Shown here: one piece after another, positions 12,044 to 25,006 of the stretch | Position numbering within the stretch: position 1 is the stretch's first letter | Layout of the letters: every line of letters begins with the position of its first letter | NCBI RefSeq assembly: GCF_006345805.1 | Contig: NC_043001.1 | Location: forward strand, 87,296,001 to 87,360,000 | Direction of reading: 5' to 3' | Origin: Octopus sinensis | Taxonomy: Eukaryota | Length of the DNA: 64,000 bases | The notes under the pieces: generated by a model | What the model saw: only the letters and a program-made list of their open reading frames with translations | Databases searched by the model: none | Told to the model about the DNA's origin: nothing | Made by a program: the position numbers and the translations under genes

Positions 12044-12413
12044 TCTTTTATTTGTTTCAGCCATTTGACTGTGGCCATGCTGGAGCACCACCTTTAGTCA
12101 AGCAAATCGACCCCAGAACTTAGTAAGCCTAGTACTTATTCTATCGGTCTCTCTTGCTGAACTGGTAAGTGACGGGGATGTAAACACACCAACAATCAGT
12201 TATCAAGGGATGTTGGGGGGACAAACACAGACGCACAAACATATACATACACACACACACACATATACGACGGGCTTCTTTCAGTTTCCGTCTACCAAAT
12301 CCTCTCATAAGGCTTTGGTCGGCCCAAGGCTATAGTAGGTGCCATGCAGTGGGACTGAACCCGGAACCATGTGGTTGGTAAGCAAGCTACTTACCATGCA
12401 GCCATTCCTGCAC

Positions 12414-12414
<1 letters not shown>
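12044..12414 (-). mobile_element. SINE family A
   Basis: Reverse complement of family A. Confidence 0.85.
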
Positions 12415-12468
<54 letters not shown>

Positions 12469-12705
12469 TGAGCAGAATTTAAGTTGGTTGAAATATGTTT
12501 GTCACATATTTCAACTGCTAAAGGCAAATACACTGCAGTTACCATGGAGAAAAATCTCTCTTATGGTAAAAAGACGTGGAAACACCCAGTTTGTTCAGTG
12601 TCACCATCTTTCAGGAACCTCAGACATTGATGTTTCATGTTTTTTGACTCTGAATGAACTTAACAAAGCTATAGCTTTATATATAATTTAGTCAACATGT
12701 TGACT

Positions 12706-13994
12706 GATTTGCACTAGTAGATTGCTCAATCAAATTAATTAATAGAGCATAAGAGAGATTTTTTCTCCATGGTTACTGCAGTATATGTGCCTTTTGCAGT
12801 TGAAACATATTTCAACTAACCTAAATTCTGCTCATAACTAAACACCGCTTCACGCTTATGCTCCATTGATTAATTAGATCAGATGAACTACTAGCGCAAA
12901 ACAGTTAACATGTTGACTGAATTATATATAAAACTATACCTTTATTAATTTTATACAGAGTTGCCTATTCCAGGTATATCTCATTGACAAGTGTCAAAAA
13001 TCTCGAAACATCGATGTCTGAGATTCCTGAGAGATGGCAACACTGAATGAACTGAGTACTTTTACACCTTTTTACCATAAGAGAGATTTTTTCTCCATGG
13101 TTACTGCAGTATATGTGCCTTTTGCAGTTGAAACATATTTCAACTAACCTAATTCTGCTCATAACTAAACACCGCTTCACGCTTATGCTCCATTGATTAA
13201 TTAGATCAGATGAACTACTAGCGCAAAACAGTTAACATGTTGACTGAATTATATATAAAACTATACCTTTATTAATTTTATACAGAGTTGCCTATTCCAG
13301 GTATATCTCATTGACAAGTGTCAAAAATCTCGAAACATCGATGTCTGAGATTCCTGAGAGATGGCAACACTGAATGAACTGAGTACTTTTACACCTTTTT
13401 ACCATAAGAGAGATATTTTCTCTGCAGTAATCACAGTATATTTGCCTTTAGCAGATGAACATGTGACAAACATATTTCAACTAACTTAAATTCTGTTCAC
13501 ACCTAGGCACAAAACAGTGTTTAGGTGTGAACAGAATTTAAGTTAGTTGAAATATGTTTGTCACATGTTCATCTGCTAAAGGCAAATATACTGTGATTAC
13601 TGCAGAGAAAATATCTCTCTTATGGTAAAAAGGTGTAAAAGTACTCAGTTCATTCAGTGTTGCCATCTCTCAGGAATCTCAGACATCGATGTTTCGAGAT
13701 TTTTGACACTTGTCAATGAGATATACCTGGAATAGGCAACTCTGTATAAAATTAATAAAGGTATAGTTTTATATATAATTCAGTCAACATGTTAACTGTT
13801 TTGCGCTAGTAGTTCATCTGATCTAATTAATCAATGGAGCATAAGTGTGAAGCGGTGTTTAGTTATGAGCAGAATTTAGGTTAGTTGAAATATGTTTCAA
13901 CTGCAAAAGGCACATATACTGCAGTAACCATGGAGAAAAAATCTCTCTTATGCTCTATTAATTAATTTGATTGAGCAATCTACTAGTGCAAATC
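12706..13994. repeat. Long near-perfect palindrome (loop aaaaca 13511-13516) with a 328/327-bp tandem unit present twice in the left arm and once in the right arm
   Basis: Unit starts ataagagag at 12749, 13077 and 13404; right arm 13517-13994 is the reverse complement. A diverged unit copy lies at ~12466-12705. Confidence 0.9.
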
Positions 13995-14587
13995 TCTATA
14001 TATATATATAAATACACAATGGAGTACAATAAAACATTCAAACAGATAGGCAATAGAAGGCAGACAAGAGAAACAACAATTAGAAGGACAGGCAAAAAAA
14101 GGACAGGTCATTCTTGGCCTTCTTTCCTCAGTCAAGTCCCAGAAGTCACAACTGTTTCGGGCAGTTACACTTGAGATGGTTCGATCTGGTTGTCCCCCAA
14201 AATGTCTAAGCTAAAAGCATTAGACTCCTTTGTAAGAAAGCTAGCAAATGTGTACGGCAACAAGGATAAAAATGGAGAACATGGTACACAATTATGAATA
14301 TAAACAACAAGAAAGTAATAACAGGTGTCTTTCGACTGAGAACAAATCAAATTGAGCTGGCGTGTATGAAGTGAAGGCCTAAAGGCAGGAACATAGGAGA
14401 TGGACACAAGAGGTGTTGATGGTCGGCAGTCAGGCCAAGAAAGAAAGATCATGGCTGGCTGGACACCAGTCAGGTGGAAGGAGAAGAGATGGGTAGGGGA
14501 CAGTGGGATTGAAGGATTATAAAAAAGTCAGAGACAAAGAGAAAGGTACAGGGGAGATAAACAAGTGGGAAATAGTGGGAGCTATAT

Positions 14588-14930
14588 CATCATCATCATC
14601 ATCATCATCATTTAACGTCCATTCTCCATGCTAGCATGGGTTGGACGGTTCGACCGCGGATCTGGGAAGCCAGAAGGCTGCACCAGGCTCCAGTCTTATC
14701 TGGCAATGTTTCTACAGCTGGATGCCCTTCCTAACGCCAACCACTCCGTGAGTGTAGTGGGTGCTTTTTACGTGCCACCTGCACAGGTGCCAGGCGAGGC
14801 TGGCAACGGCCACGGTTGGATTGGTGTATTTTATGTGCCACCGGCACGGAAGCCAGTCGAGGCGGCGCTGGCATCGGCCACGAGTCGGATAGTGCTTTTT
14901 ACGTACCACCAGACCAGGGATCCTGGCTGG
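14588..14930. mobile_element. Family C repeat with tandem gtgccaccggcac subunits
   Basis: Same motif set as 184-660. Other copies at 11705-11960, 32326-32590, 34719-35240, 45410-45695 (opposite orientation), 47737-48060, 49879-50200 and 55010-55358 (opposite orientation). Confidence 0.85.
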
Positions 14931-14952
14931 TTCATATATATATAGCTCCCAC

Positions 14953-15003
<51 letters not shown>

Positions 15004-15724
15004 CATTATTATTATTATTATTTAGCAGAAGCAACAGAGTGACTCAAGGGCCAAGAGTTTTGTGCATTAGCACTTATCAAATTAGTTCATAGTAAATAAA
15101 TAAATAAATTAATATAATATAATGTCTAAAAGTTGATGAACCTTCATTTTCTTATTGCTCTCTCTCTCTATCTATCTATATATATATATATATACACACA
15201 CACATACATACACAACATACACAGATACATATATACATACATCATACAGACATAGATGCATATATACATGTGTGTGTATTGATGATGATGATGATGATGA
15301 TGATGGCAATGATATTTGACCATTGTCATTTATCTGGTAGAGCAGTAAAAGTATCACTAAATTAGCTGTAAGATAATCTGATAGTTAACCAATTTTTCAA
15401 GATATCACATAACATTTAAACAAATGTTTGCTAGCTATTAGTTACAACTGGACTACTATGATATTTTAATGTTTATTGGCAAGACAACATTTTGAAGAAG
15501 CTAGTATTATTTATTAAGAGGGTGGATCTAGTAGAGATGTTTAAGAATTAGTGAGAGTTGTATAGACACAGCACAGTAGCACAGTTATGTATACATAGCA
15601 ATGTTTTAATGGTAAGATTGGAAAGGTCTTTTAACGATGGAGAAGCTGGTATTATGTATTAAGAGACCGGATATAATAACAAGGTAAAGATGTTTTAGAA
15701 TTGGTAACAGATATATAATAAAAT

Positions 15725-15986
15725 AAATAAAAATAAATGCACCCTTTTAAAGCCTAGCCAGGCTCATGGGACTGGTTTCCCGGTTTCTATGGTGTATGTG
15801 TTCCCCAGCTGGACGGGACGCCAGTCCATCGCAGCGTTACTCATTTTTGCCAGCTGAGTGGACTGGAGCAACGTTAAATGAAGTGTTTTGCTCAAGAACA
15901 CAATGCGTTACCCGGTCCAGGGATCGAAACCACAATCTTACAATCATGATGCTGATACCCTAACCACTAAGCCACATGCCTCCACA
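15725..15986 (-). mobile_element. tRNA-derived SINE family D
   Basis: Reverse complement of gtggaggcatgtggcttagtggttaggg...gtttcgatccc; related copies at 23280-23480, 29370-29530, 34035-34365, 36255-36490, 38605-38885, 43975-44230 and 52883-53215. Confidence 0.8.
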
Positions 15987-16078
15987 AGAGATATATAGAC
16001 ACAGCAAAGGAGTGATTTATAAAAGAAAATACTGCAGTGAAATTTTTAGTTTTTGTGAGAGTGGTATAATTGTAGATT

Positions 16079-16683
16079 AAGGTGGCGAGCTGGCAGAAAC
16101 GTTAGCATGCCAGGCGAAATGCTTAATGGTATTTCGTCTGCCCTTACGTTCTGAGTTCAAATTCCACCAAGGTCGACTTTGCCTTTCATCCTTTTGGGGT
16201 CGATAAATTAAGTACCAGTTACGCACGCACTGGGGTCGATATAATCAACTTAATCCGTCTGTCTGTCCTTGTTTGTCTTCTCTGTGTTTAGCCCCTTGTG
16301 GGTAGTAAAGAAATAGGTATTTCGTCTGTCATAACGTTCTGAGTTCAAATTCCGCCGAGGTCGACTTTGCCTTTCATCCTTTTGGGGTTGATAAATTAAG
16401 TACCAGTTACGCACTGGGGTCGATATAATCGACTTAATCCGTCTGTCTGTCCTTGTTTGTCCTCTCTGTGTTTAGCCCCTTGTGGGTAGTAAAGAAATGG
16501 GTTTTTCGCTCGTCGCTACGTTCTGAGTTCAAATTCCGCTGAGGTCGACTGTGCCTTTCATCCTTTCGGGGTTGATTAAATAAGTACCAGTTATGCACTG
16601 GGGTCGATCTAATTGACTTAATCCGTTTGTCTGTTATTGTTTGTCCTCTCTGTGTTTAGCCCCTTGTGGGTAGTAAAGAAATA
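16079..16683 (+). mobile_element. Head-to-tail trimer of SINE family B within one 15-bp TSD
   Basis: TSD ggtataattgtagat at 16063-16077 and 16684-16698; monomers 2 and 3 lack the 5' head. Confidence 0.9.
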
Positions 16684-16965
16684 GGTATAATTGTAGATAT
16701 CAACAACCTGAGTATTATATGTAGGTAACTGTTTGAGCTAACCTATGGAACAAAGATAACTAATCATTTTTTTAAGAAGCAGCTCATAAGATTTCCTTTT
16801 GATATCCAGATTTCAGTCTATTTGAGATTAGATTGTAAGCTCTACCCTGAAGTGGTGTGGTACACAAAGTGTAAACTTTGTCTAAATTTCTTAAATTTCT
16901 TTTTAGTGGTTGTTGTCTAGATCTTGTGAACAAGATAGGGACAATTATATCTTAAAACCCTCTTT

Positions 16966-17195
16966 TACTCTTTTACTCTTTTACTTGTTTCAGTCATGTG
17001 ACTGTGGCCATGCTGGAGCACCACCTTTAGTCGAGTAAATCGACCCCAGGACTTATTCTTTGTAAGCCTAGTACTTATTCTATCGGTCTATTTTGCTGAA
17101 CCACTAAGTTACAGGATGTAAACACACCAGCATCGGTTGTCAAGCAATGTTGGGGGGACAAACACAGACACAAACATATACACACACATACATAC

Positions 17196-17284
<89 letters not shown>

Positions 17285-17574
17285 CATATGTTGTGCCTGT
17301 GTTTGTCCCCCCAACATTGCTTGGATTTGGTAGACAGTGGATTTGGTAGACAGAAACTGAAAGAAGCCCATCGTATATATATATATACGATCGGTTGTCA
17401 AGCAATGTTGGGGGGACAAACACAGACACAAACATATACACACACACTCACAAGGCTTTGGTCAACCCGAAGCTATAGTTGAAGACACTTGCCCAAGGTG
17501 CCACACAGTGGGACTGAACCCGGAACCATATGGTTTGTAAGCAAGCTACTTACCACACAGCCACTCCTATGCCT
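16966..17574 (-). mobile_element. SINE family A with internal duplication
   Basis: atcggttgtcaagcaatgttggggggacaaacacagacac occurs twice (~17132 and ~17390). Confidence 0.85.
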
Positions 17575-18410
17575 ATATATGCCAGAGTAAGGATAATAGG
17601 GTCAGTATATGTATTATAACAACTTTATAAACAATAAAGAAAAGAAAGTATATGAGATGTAAGCAAAGTTTGTGTATAGAGACATATCAGAAAAACTCAT
17701 CCACATGTTTCATATATACATATATGTATGCACTAGCTGAATTGCCCATCATTGCTGGACAATTTTTACAATAGTGTGTCTTATATAAAGTTTTGTTTCT
17801 TCCATGTCAGATCATACCATCCCCTTCTATTGATCTGGACAGATTTGTGCAATTTTTCGCAAAAAAACTTCGTTGAGGATTTTTTTTTCCTTCTTAAATT
17901 ATTACATGTCTGTTCGACCATTTCCCATGATTTTATTCATTAAAGCTTATTAAAACTTCCGGAGTTCTTATGACTTTGGTCATCATAATGCTTTGCTTTT
18001 GTTTGTTTAATGAAAATTCCTCCTCATAATGATTTTGCTTCCATTTTGTGATAGACTGCTATCATACAGAAAATGACAGCTTCCAAATCCTGTTTTCTGA
18101 TTAGGTAAGATTAATTAAACTTTAAACCCCAGTAACACTTTTCTGCAATTTTTCTTGAACAAATAAATAACAAAATTGGATATAACATAGAAAATTATTT
18201 CAATATACCAAATTTGAAAATTTTGATGTAATCTTAAAATTTCACAATATGTGGCAGCAACAGGGAAGACCCTACAAAAGTAGAGAGACAGACAGTTATA
18301 GGGCATCACACACGCACACACAGAAACAAACACACATTTACAAACATGCACATAGGATCCAGTGGGTCCAAGGACTACATTGTGCTCTAATGTCAACTTA
18401 GGCGCAGGAG

Positions 18411-18810
18411 TGGTTGTGTGGTAAGTAGCTTGCTAACCAACCACATGGTTCCGGGTTCAGTCCCACTGCGTGGCATCTTGGGCAAGTGTCTTCTGCTATA
18501 GCCCCGGGCCGACCAATGCCTTGTGAGTGGATTTGGTAGACGGAAACTGAAAGAAGCCTGTCGTATATATGTATATATATATATATGTATGCGTGTGTGT
18601 GTTTGTGTGTCTGTGTTTGTCCCCCTAGCATTGCTTGACAACCGATGCTGGTGTGTTTACGTCCCCGTCACTTAGCGGTTTGGCAAAAGAGACCGATAGA
18701 ATAAGTACTGGGCTTCCAAAGAATAAGTCCTGGGGTTGATTTGCTCAACTAAAGGCGTGCTCCAACATGGCCGCAGTCAAATGACTGAAACAAGTAAAAG
18801 AGTAAAAGAG
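18411..18810 (+). mobile_element. SINE family A, young subfamily
   Basis: Near-identical to 11285-11695 and to the reverse complement of 58268-58672. Further family A copies at 19640-19985(-), 21471-21910(+), 24611-25005(+), 35618-36145(-), 42560-42960(-), 46040-46447(-), 53610-54345(+, interrupted) and 57396-57805(+). Confidence 0.9.
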
Positions 18811-19113
18811 AAAAAAGAGTTTGGTATGGTTTCTATGGCTGGATGCCCTTCCTAACACCAACTGCTTAACAGTGTGAATTAGGTACTTTTTTTGTGCCAC
18901 CAGCACCATTAAGGTACCCATGTAGTCCACAGGACTACAAACACCAGAGGAGATGGGAGTCAGCTTTATGCTAGGGTTCAAGAGGTTAAACTATGAGAAG
19001 TGTGTGATCAGGGTAATGGATAATGATGAGTTGAGCTGAAAGCTGCCAAATACTATGACAGCTTCCCAACAATGTATGAGTGTTGTGTGTATATGATAGT
19101 GCAACATCTGTAC

Positions 19114-19304
19114 CTCATTGGATTTAAGTGACGAAAGCTTGTACAACACTCTTGCCACTCTCACAGTTGCCATAGTAGGTTTCAGTGACAAGCATTGCCA
19201 GATGACAGATACTATTTTGACTGCAAGTTTTATGTCAGAATATTTTTCCTGTAGAAGAGATATCTTCCCCACAGCCTTGTCAAAATTATTGAGTGCTCTG
19301 CTAC
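19114..19304 (-). pseudogene. Frameshifted copy (191 nt) of the exon-like module at 20609-20800
   Basis: Same acceptor (tttcctaaag|) and donor (AATGAG|gtacag) but 1 nt shorter near the 5' end. Confidence 0.55.
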
Positions 19305-20091
19305 CTTTAGGAAATTTATCGGTTTCAATGTCTTCGATCACTTGTAGGATGTATCAAGGCCAACTTGGAGCTGAATAACATGTATCATGTAAAACCATTT
19401 CCTAGATGGCACCTTGGTACCTTTTGTTTCTAACTAGGGCTTAGATATTTGCTATGAGGAATTTAGAGCCCTTAGCTATTCTTCCTGGTTCAGAGTTTTT
19501 TCTCAATTTTTTTTTCCGCAGATAAGAATAAAGTTGTCAACATATAAATGTCTCCAACAATATTCATTCATCAATTATATGTTATTACTTTAAGAATTAT
19601 GATGAATAGAAAAGGATTTCTGATATTATTTTATTTTACTTATTTCAATCATTAGATTTCAGCCATGCTGGGCACTGCCTTGAACAAATTGGCCCCAATA
19701 CTTATTTTTGTAAGTCTGGTACATATTCTATCAATCTTTTCTTGCCATACCACTAACTTACAGGAACATAAACAAATCCACACCAGTTATCAAGCAAGAT
19801 AGGTGGGGACAAACACTAAGACAAACACACACACACACACACACAAGTACAACAGGCTTTTTTTCAGTTTCCATCTACCAAATCCATTCACAAGGTTTTG
19901 GTCACAGCCCAAGGCTATAAGTAGAAAACACCAGCCCAATGTGCCGCACAGTGGGATTGAGCCTGAAACCATGTAGTTGGGAAGCAAGCTGCTTACCATA
20001 CAGCCATACTAGCAGCTATTGTAGACAGGTACCTACATAACACCTCACTGCAGTCAGAGTAAATACCCACTCTGAGCCTGACAGTGTGGGT

Positions 20092-20171
20092 AGTTTTATG
20101 TTAGAATATTTTTCCTGTAGAAGAGCTACTTTCCCCACGGCTTTGTCAAAAGTATTGGGTACTTCTGCTAC
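20092..20171 (-). pseudogene. Truncated copy of the same exon-like module
   Basis: VAEVPNTFDKAVGKVALLQEKYS, then homology is lost; shares upstream intron sequence with the 20800 copy. Confidence 0.5.
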
Positions 20172-20608
20172 CTTTAGGAAATTTATTTAGCCATAGATTG
20201 GACCCTGATAGGTCCATTATGGATCAGAACCAACTTGTTAGTAATGGTAACTAAAGAATGACTCTACACTCCCCCACGAGTCCAGGACTACACCACTATG
20301 ATAAACAATTACTACAGATGTTATTGTAAATTACAAAAGCTGTTATTGTATGGTCTCTGGTCATCCTAGATTAAGCTGACCTATTTATTGACAATAGCGT
20401 TCAATGATGACAATCCCATCTTATAATCAAACTTAGGCTTTGAACTACATTTACCCATGTGCACTTCCTTGACAGTCGGATATGATTAAGGAGAGATTTG
20501 GCTGTGATTTCTAGCAGGCCATGGGATCACTTAGAAACCTCTTTCTTTGGTTTGTCCTATGACAGCTTCCCAACAATCTATGTGTATATGATAGTACAAC
20601 ATCTGTAC

Positions 20609-20800
20609 CTCATTGGATTTAAGTGACAAAAGCTTGTACAACACTTTTGCCACTCTCTCAGTTGCCATAGTAGGTTTCAGTGACGAGCACTGCAAGATGA
20701 CAGATACTATTTTGGCTGCAAGTTTTATATCAGAATATTTTTCCTGTAGAAGAACTACCTCCCCCACAGCCTTGTCAAAAATATTGGGTGCCTCTGCTAC
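20609..20800 (-). CDS. Candidate symmetric phase 0-0 exon, 64 codons: VAEAPNIFDKAVGEVVLLQEKYSDIKLAAKIVSVILQCSSLKPTMATERVAKVLYKLLSLKSNE
   Basis: AG acceptor at 20801-20802, GT donor at 20607-20608, 192 nt open frame, in-frame stop just upstream in the presumed intron. Product unrecognised. Confidence 0.45.
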
Positions 20801-21002
20801 CTTTAGGAAATTTATTTAGCCATAGATTCGACCCTGACAGGTCCATTATGGATCAGAACTGACTTGTGAGTAATGACAACTACACTCACCCACAAATCCA
20901 GGACTCATGAACTGAAGCCTCACCAACAGATGCAATTTAATGTCATACACACACAGACACGCACACACAGACACACAGACACACACACGCACGCACGCAC
21001 AT

Positions 21003-21036
<34 letters not shown>

Positions 21037-21632
21037 CACACACACACACACACACACACACATGCACAGACCATGCTCACTATGACAATATTCATCATAC
21101 AAATTTTCATCTGTCTTTACATTCTGAGTTCAAATTCTGCCGAGGTCTACTTTAGTCTTTCATATTTTCGAGGTGATAAATTAAGTACCAGTTGCAAACT
21201 GGGATCAATCTAACCGACAGCCCCCTCCCCCAAAATTTCAAGCCTTGTGCTTCAAGTAGAAAGAATATTCCTCATGCGCAGATTGTTCAGCAAACAATCA
21301 CACTGGCAATAATACCATCAGACTTTCTTCTTAAATCCTGTGGTAGCAGGAAAGAGGTGACAGAACAAGTAGAGAATGCTACAGGAAGTGTTCAGCTTTG
21401 ACTCTGCACACAGGAAATTTTTTTTCCTCACGAGAGTTCCAAACACCAGTTATGAATCATTTGCATACAGGCGTAGGAGTGGCTGTGTGGTAAGTAGCTT
21501 GCTTACGAACGACATGGTTCCGGGTTCAGTCCCACTGCGTGGCACCTGGGGCAAGTGTCTTCTACTATAGCCTCGGGCAGACCAAACCCTTGTGAGTGAA
21601 TTTGGTAGACGGAAACTGAAAGAAGCCTGTTG

Positions 21633-21698
<66 letters not shown>

Positions 21699-22449
21699 CG
21701 TTTGTGTGTCTCTGTTTGTCCCCCCAACGTGGCTTGACAACCAATGCTGGTGTGTTTACGTCCCCATAACTTAGCGGTTTGGCAAAAGAAACCAATAGAA
21801 TAAGTACTAGGCTTACAAAGAACAAGTCCTAGGGTCGATTTGCTCGACTGAAGGCAGTGCTCCAGGATGGCCACAGTTAAATGACTGAAACAAGTAAAAG
21901 AGTAAAAGAGCCACTCAGAGCTCAACTATCAAATTAATTTATGAGCGCATAACAAGTGATGGGCAATAAGATAAATTCACTTGGATAAGGAATGACCATG
22001 CTTCTTTCCTCTTTTAATAATGTTTGTTGTTTTTGTTCTTGTGTCAACCATGGCTGCCTCTGCATAATTATTTGTGTTGTTGTTTACTTTGTAAAACAGT
22101 AAGGGAGAGGGTTGCTCACACATCACCCTCTGCCCACACTTTTTCCATCCACATCTTTACAATATGAGGCCCTAACAAAATCCGATTAGAGGTATAGATA
22201 CAAATCTAATTACTTGTCTCCTTCTAAAATCAGGCATGACTGGGCGATTGGTCGACTTACAACATTATTCTTCGTCTTGAGTTTACTTGGTAGAGTGTGT
22301 TTTACCAATAGATTGGTTGTTTTTAACACATTTACGAATGTTATGTTGGGCTTTGTATCTAGTTATAATCTGAGAGCTGAACGGATTTGATCCCTTGTTA
22401 TCCACATGGCTGCCTCTTCGTAGTTGTTTGTGTACACCAGGGTCAAGGT

Positions 22450-22533
22450 GAGCTCTGATTGGCTGTATGCAAATAAGTTCATTACTGGGGTCCGGAACTC
22501 TCGTGGGAAAAAAAATTTCACTCTGCACACAGG
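22450..22533 (+). promoter_or_regulatory. CCAAT-box + octamer (ATGCAAAT) element; inverted homolog at 21401-21923
   Basis: ctgATTGGctgtATGCAAAT at 22455-22474; the second copy has ATTTGCAT at 21459-21466. Confidence 0.35.
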
Positions 22534-23585
22534 CAATCATAGAGGGTTTATTTTTTGTTGAACCTTCAGTCATCAAAGCAATGTGAGAGTCTAAACATAT
22601 ATATGTCATAGAAAGAGAGAGGGAGAAGAGGGGAAGAAAGAAGGGAGAGAGAGAGGGGGAAGAGGGGAAGAGACAGTTGAATATCTTTGATCATAGGTAT
22701 AATCCATCCAAAACAACTTGAGGCTGAACAATGACAACTTGTATTATGTAAGACAAAATAAGACTTAATGCGTGTGTGTGTGTGTCTATACATATATACA
22801 CACATGCATGCATACATACATCATATATCCATAGACATATCTATGTGTGTGTGTGTGCTTGGTAATAGTGGGAGGGAAAGGTAGTGATGTTATTGATGGT
22901 GTTGGTGGTGGTGGTGGTAGTTGTCTTCGTTGGTGATGGTAATGATGGATGGTGAGGGCTAACAATGAGTCAATTATCAATATCAGTATGTATGAGTGAA
23001 ACAGTTCCAATAACCATCTTGTTTACTGAAATAAGAAATAGTAATTGATTAGTTTAATATTGGTTCTACTAACATTGATAATCTGCATTTTGCTAAATTG
23101 TTTGTCCATACAGTTGCAAATTCATTTCCTGTAACAGATTTGCAGTAATTAGCTACAGCTGATATCATGGTCTAATTAGCATGTTTTATACATTTTGTCA
23201 AAACTGCCCATTGCATTTTTCCCTACATGCATCAAAAACAGAATCAAAGGTCCTTCTCGAGCTGTAAGCTCATAAGGTTGGTTTCCTGGATTCTGTGGTG
23301 AATATATTCAACCCTGGACAGGATGCTGGTCTGTCATAGGATTATTTGCTTTTGCCAACAGAGTGAACTGGAGTAACATGAAATGAAGTAATTTGCTTAA
23401 GAACACAACCCATCACCAGGTCCAGGAATGGGAACCACACTTTTACGACCATGAGTTCAACACCCTAACCTCTGAGCCACATACATCCAAACAAACACAG
23501 ACACACATATGCATGCATGTATGCATGAATGCATACATATATATGTATTATATATTCATACATACATACTTGTATGCATATATAT

Positions 23586-23720
23586 ATATCACCTTGATCA
23601 CCTTGACCGACCAGTCCTTCGGGCATCCATTTGACACCGCTGGTCAAAGCATGCTGTCCACTCCTCTCTGGATCGCACCTTTCTCATCCACGTGATCCCA
23701 ATCGTCCTCCTGAAATCGTA
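23586..23720 (-). mobile_element. RTE-clade LINE 3' end fragment
   Basis: FRRTIGITWMRKVRSREEWTACFDQRCQMDARRTGRSR* followed by a short tgatcaagg tandem tail. Confidence 0.5.
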
Positions 23721-25006
23721 ACTCATATATATATATATATACATATATAGGGAGAATTCACAAAAAAAAAACAAAAGATGAAGACAGCTGGTGTAGATGA
23801 CAAACAGATGTATTAGTTTAATGCTTAGAAGTGAAAACGTCTTTAACATTTTGAGCCTACGCTCTTCCACAGTAAGGAATACAGAAAGAAACAAGGAGAG
23901 AAAATAAAGAATGTGTAGTGGCTAGTGATCTATCAGGGCAAATATATATATAATAAACCATAGCCTGTCTGTGTTATTGTTATATATATATATATATATA
24001 ATAACACAAATAGGTTGTGGCTCATTACAGCTGTTTCTGATGTGTTCTTTATTGATTAACAAAAGTGTTATATCACGAGAAAAAACCGCTTCCTTCAAGT
24101 GAAAAAAAGAGAGAATTTAACACTTAGAACTGCTCACAAAATAGAACAATAGTGTAAGATGACTCAATCAACATGGTTGCAGCTGGAAGAGTGAATAGTG
24201 GAAAATATTCCTAAGCTTATATTAATAAAGTCATTATAGGGACCAGAATAAGGGAAGGAAGCAGAGGGAGAAGTAGAAGGAGAGAAATGGAGAAAGAAAA
24301 GAAGGGAGAAGAATGAGGGGAAGGTACAATGTTGTTTGCCCTGACTAAAATAAGGTGATAAGATGAAAGTGGTGGTTGTAAATAAAATTAATGTTGTTTG
24401 CAATGCTAACAACACAGGTGCATTTGAAGCAGACAACAAATATAATAAAATGAAAAAGCAAGTGGGAAATAAGCACATGCACATATACACATGTATATGC
24501 AGTTATGCACACACATACATACAAATAAATAGATAAATATACCTACACACTTACTTGCACATACATGTATATATGCACATACATATTAAGTAAGAAAACA
24601 AACAAATCACAGGAGTGGCTGTGTGGTAAGTAGCTTGCTTAACAACCACATGGTTCCAGGTTCAGTCCCACTGCATGGCATCTCGGGGAAGTGTCTTCTA
24701 CTATAGCCTTGGGCCGACCAAAGCCTTGTGAATGGATTTGGTAGATGGAAACTGAAAAGAAGCCCATCGTATATATGTATACATATATATGTATGTGTGT
24801 TTGTGTGTCTGTATTTGTCCCCCCAACATCACTTGACAACCGATGCTGGTGTGTTTACATCCCTGTAACTTAGCAGTTTGGCAAAAGAGACTAATAGAAT
24901 AAGTACTGGGCTTACAAAGAATAAATCCTGGGGTCGATTTGCTCAACTAAAGGCAGTGCTCCAGCATGCCCACAGTCAAATGACTGAAACAAGTAAAAGA
25001 GTAAGT

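Noticed and set aside
12749-16683. CRISPR-like arrays or other prokaryotic systems suggested by repeated units
   Set aside because: The repeats are contiguous tandem units or SINE multimers without unique spacers, and the context is eukaryotic with no cas or operon-like genes.
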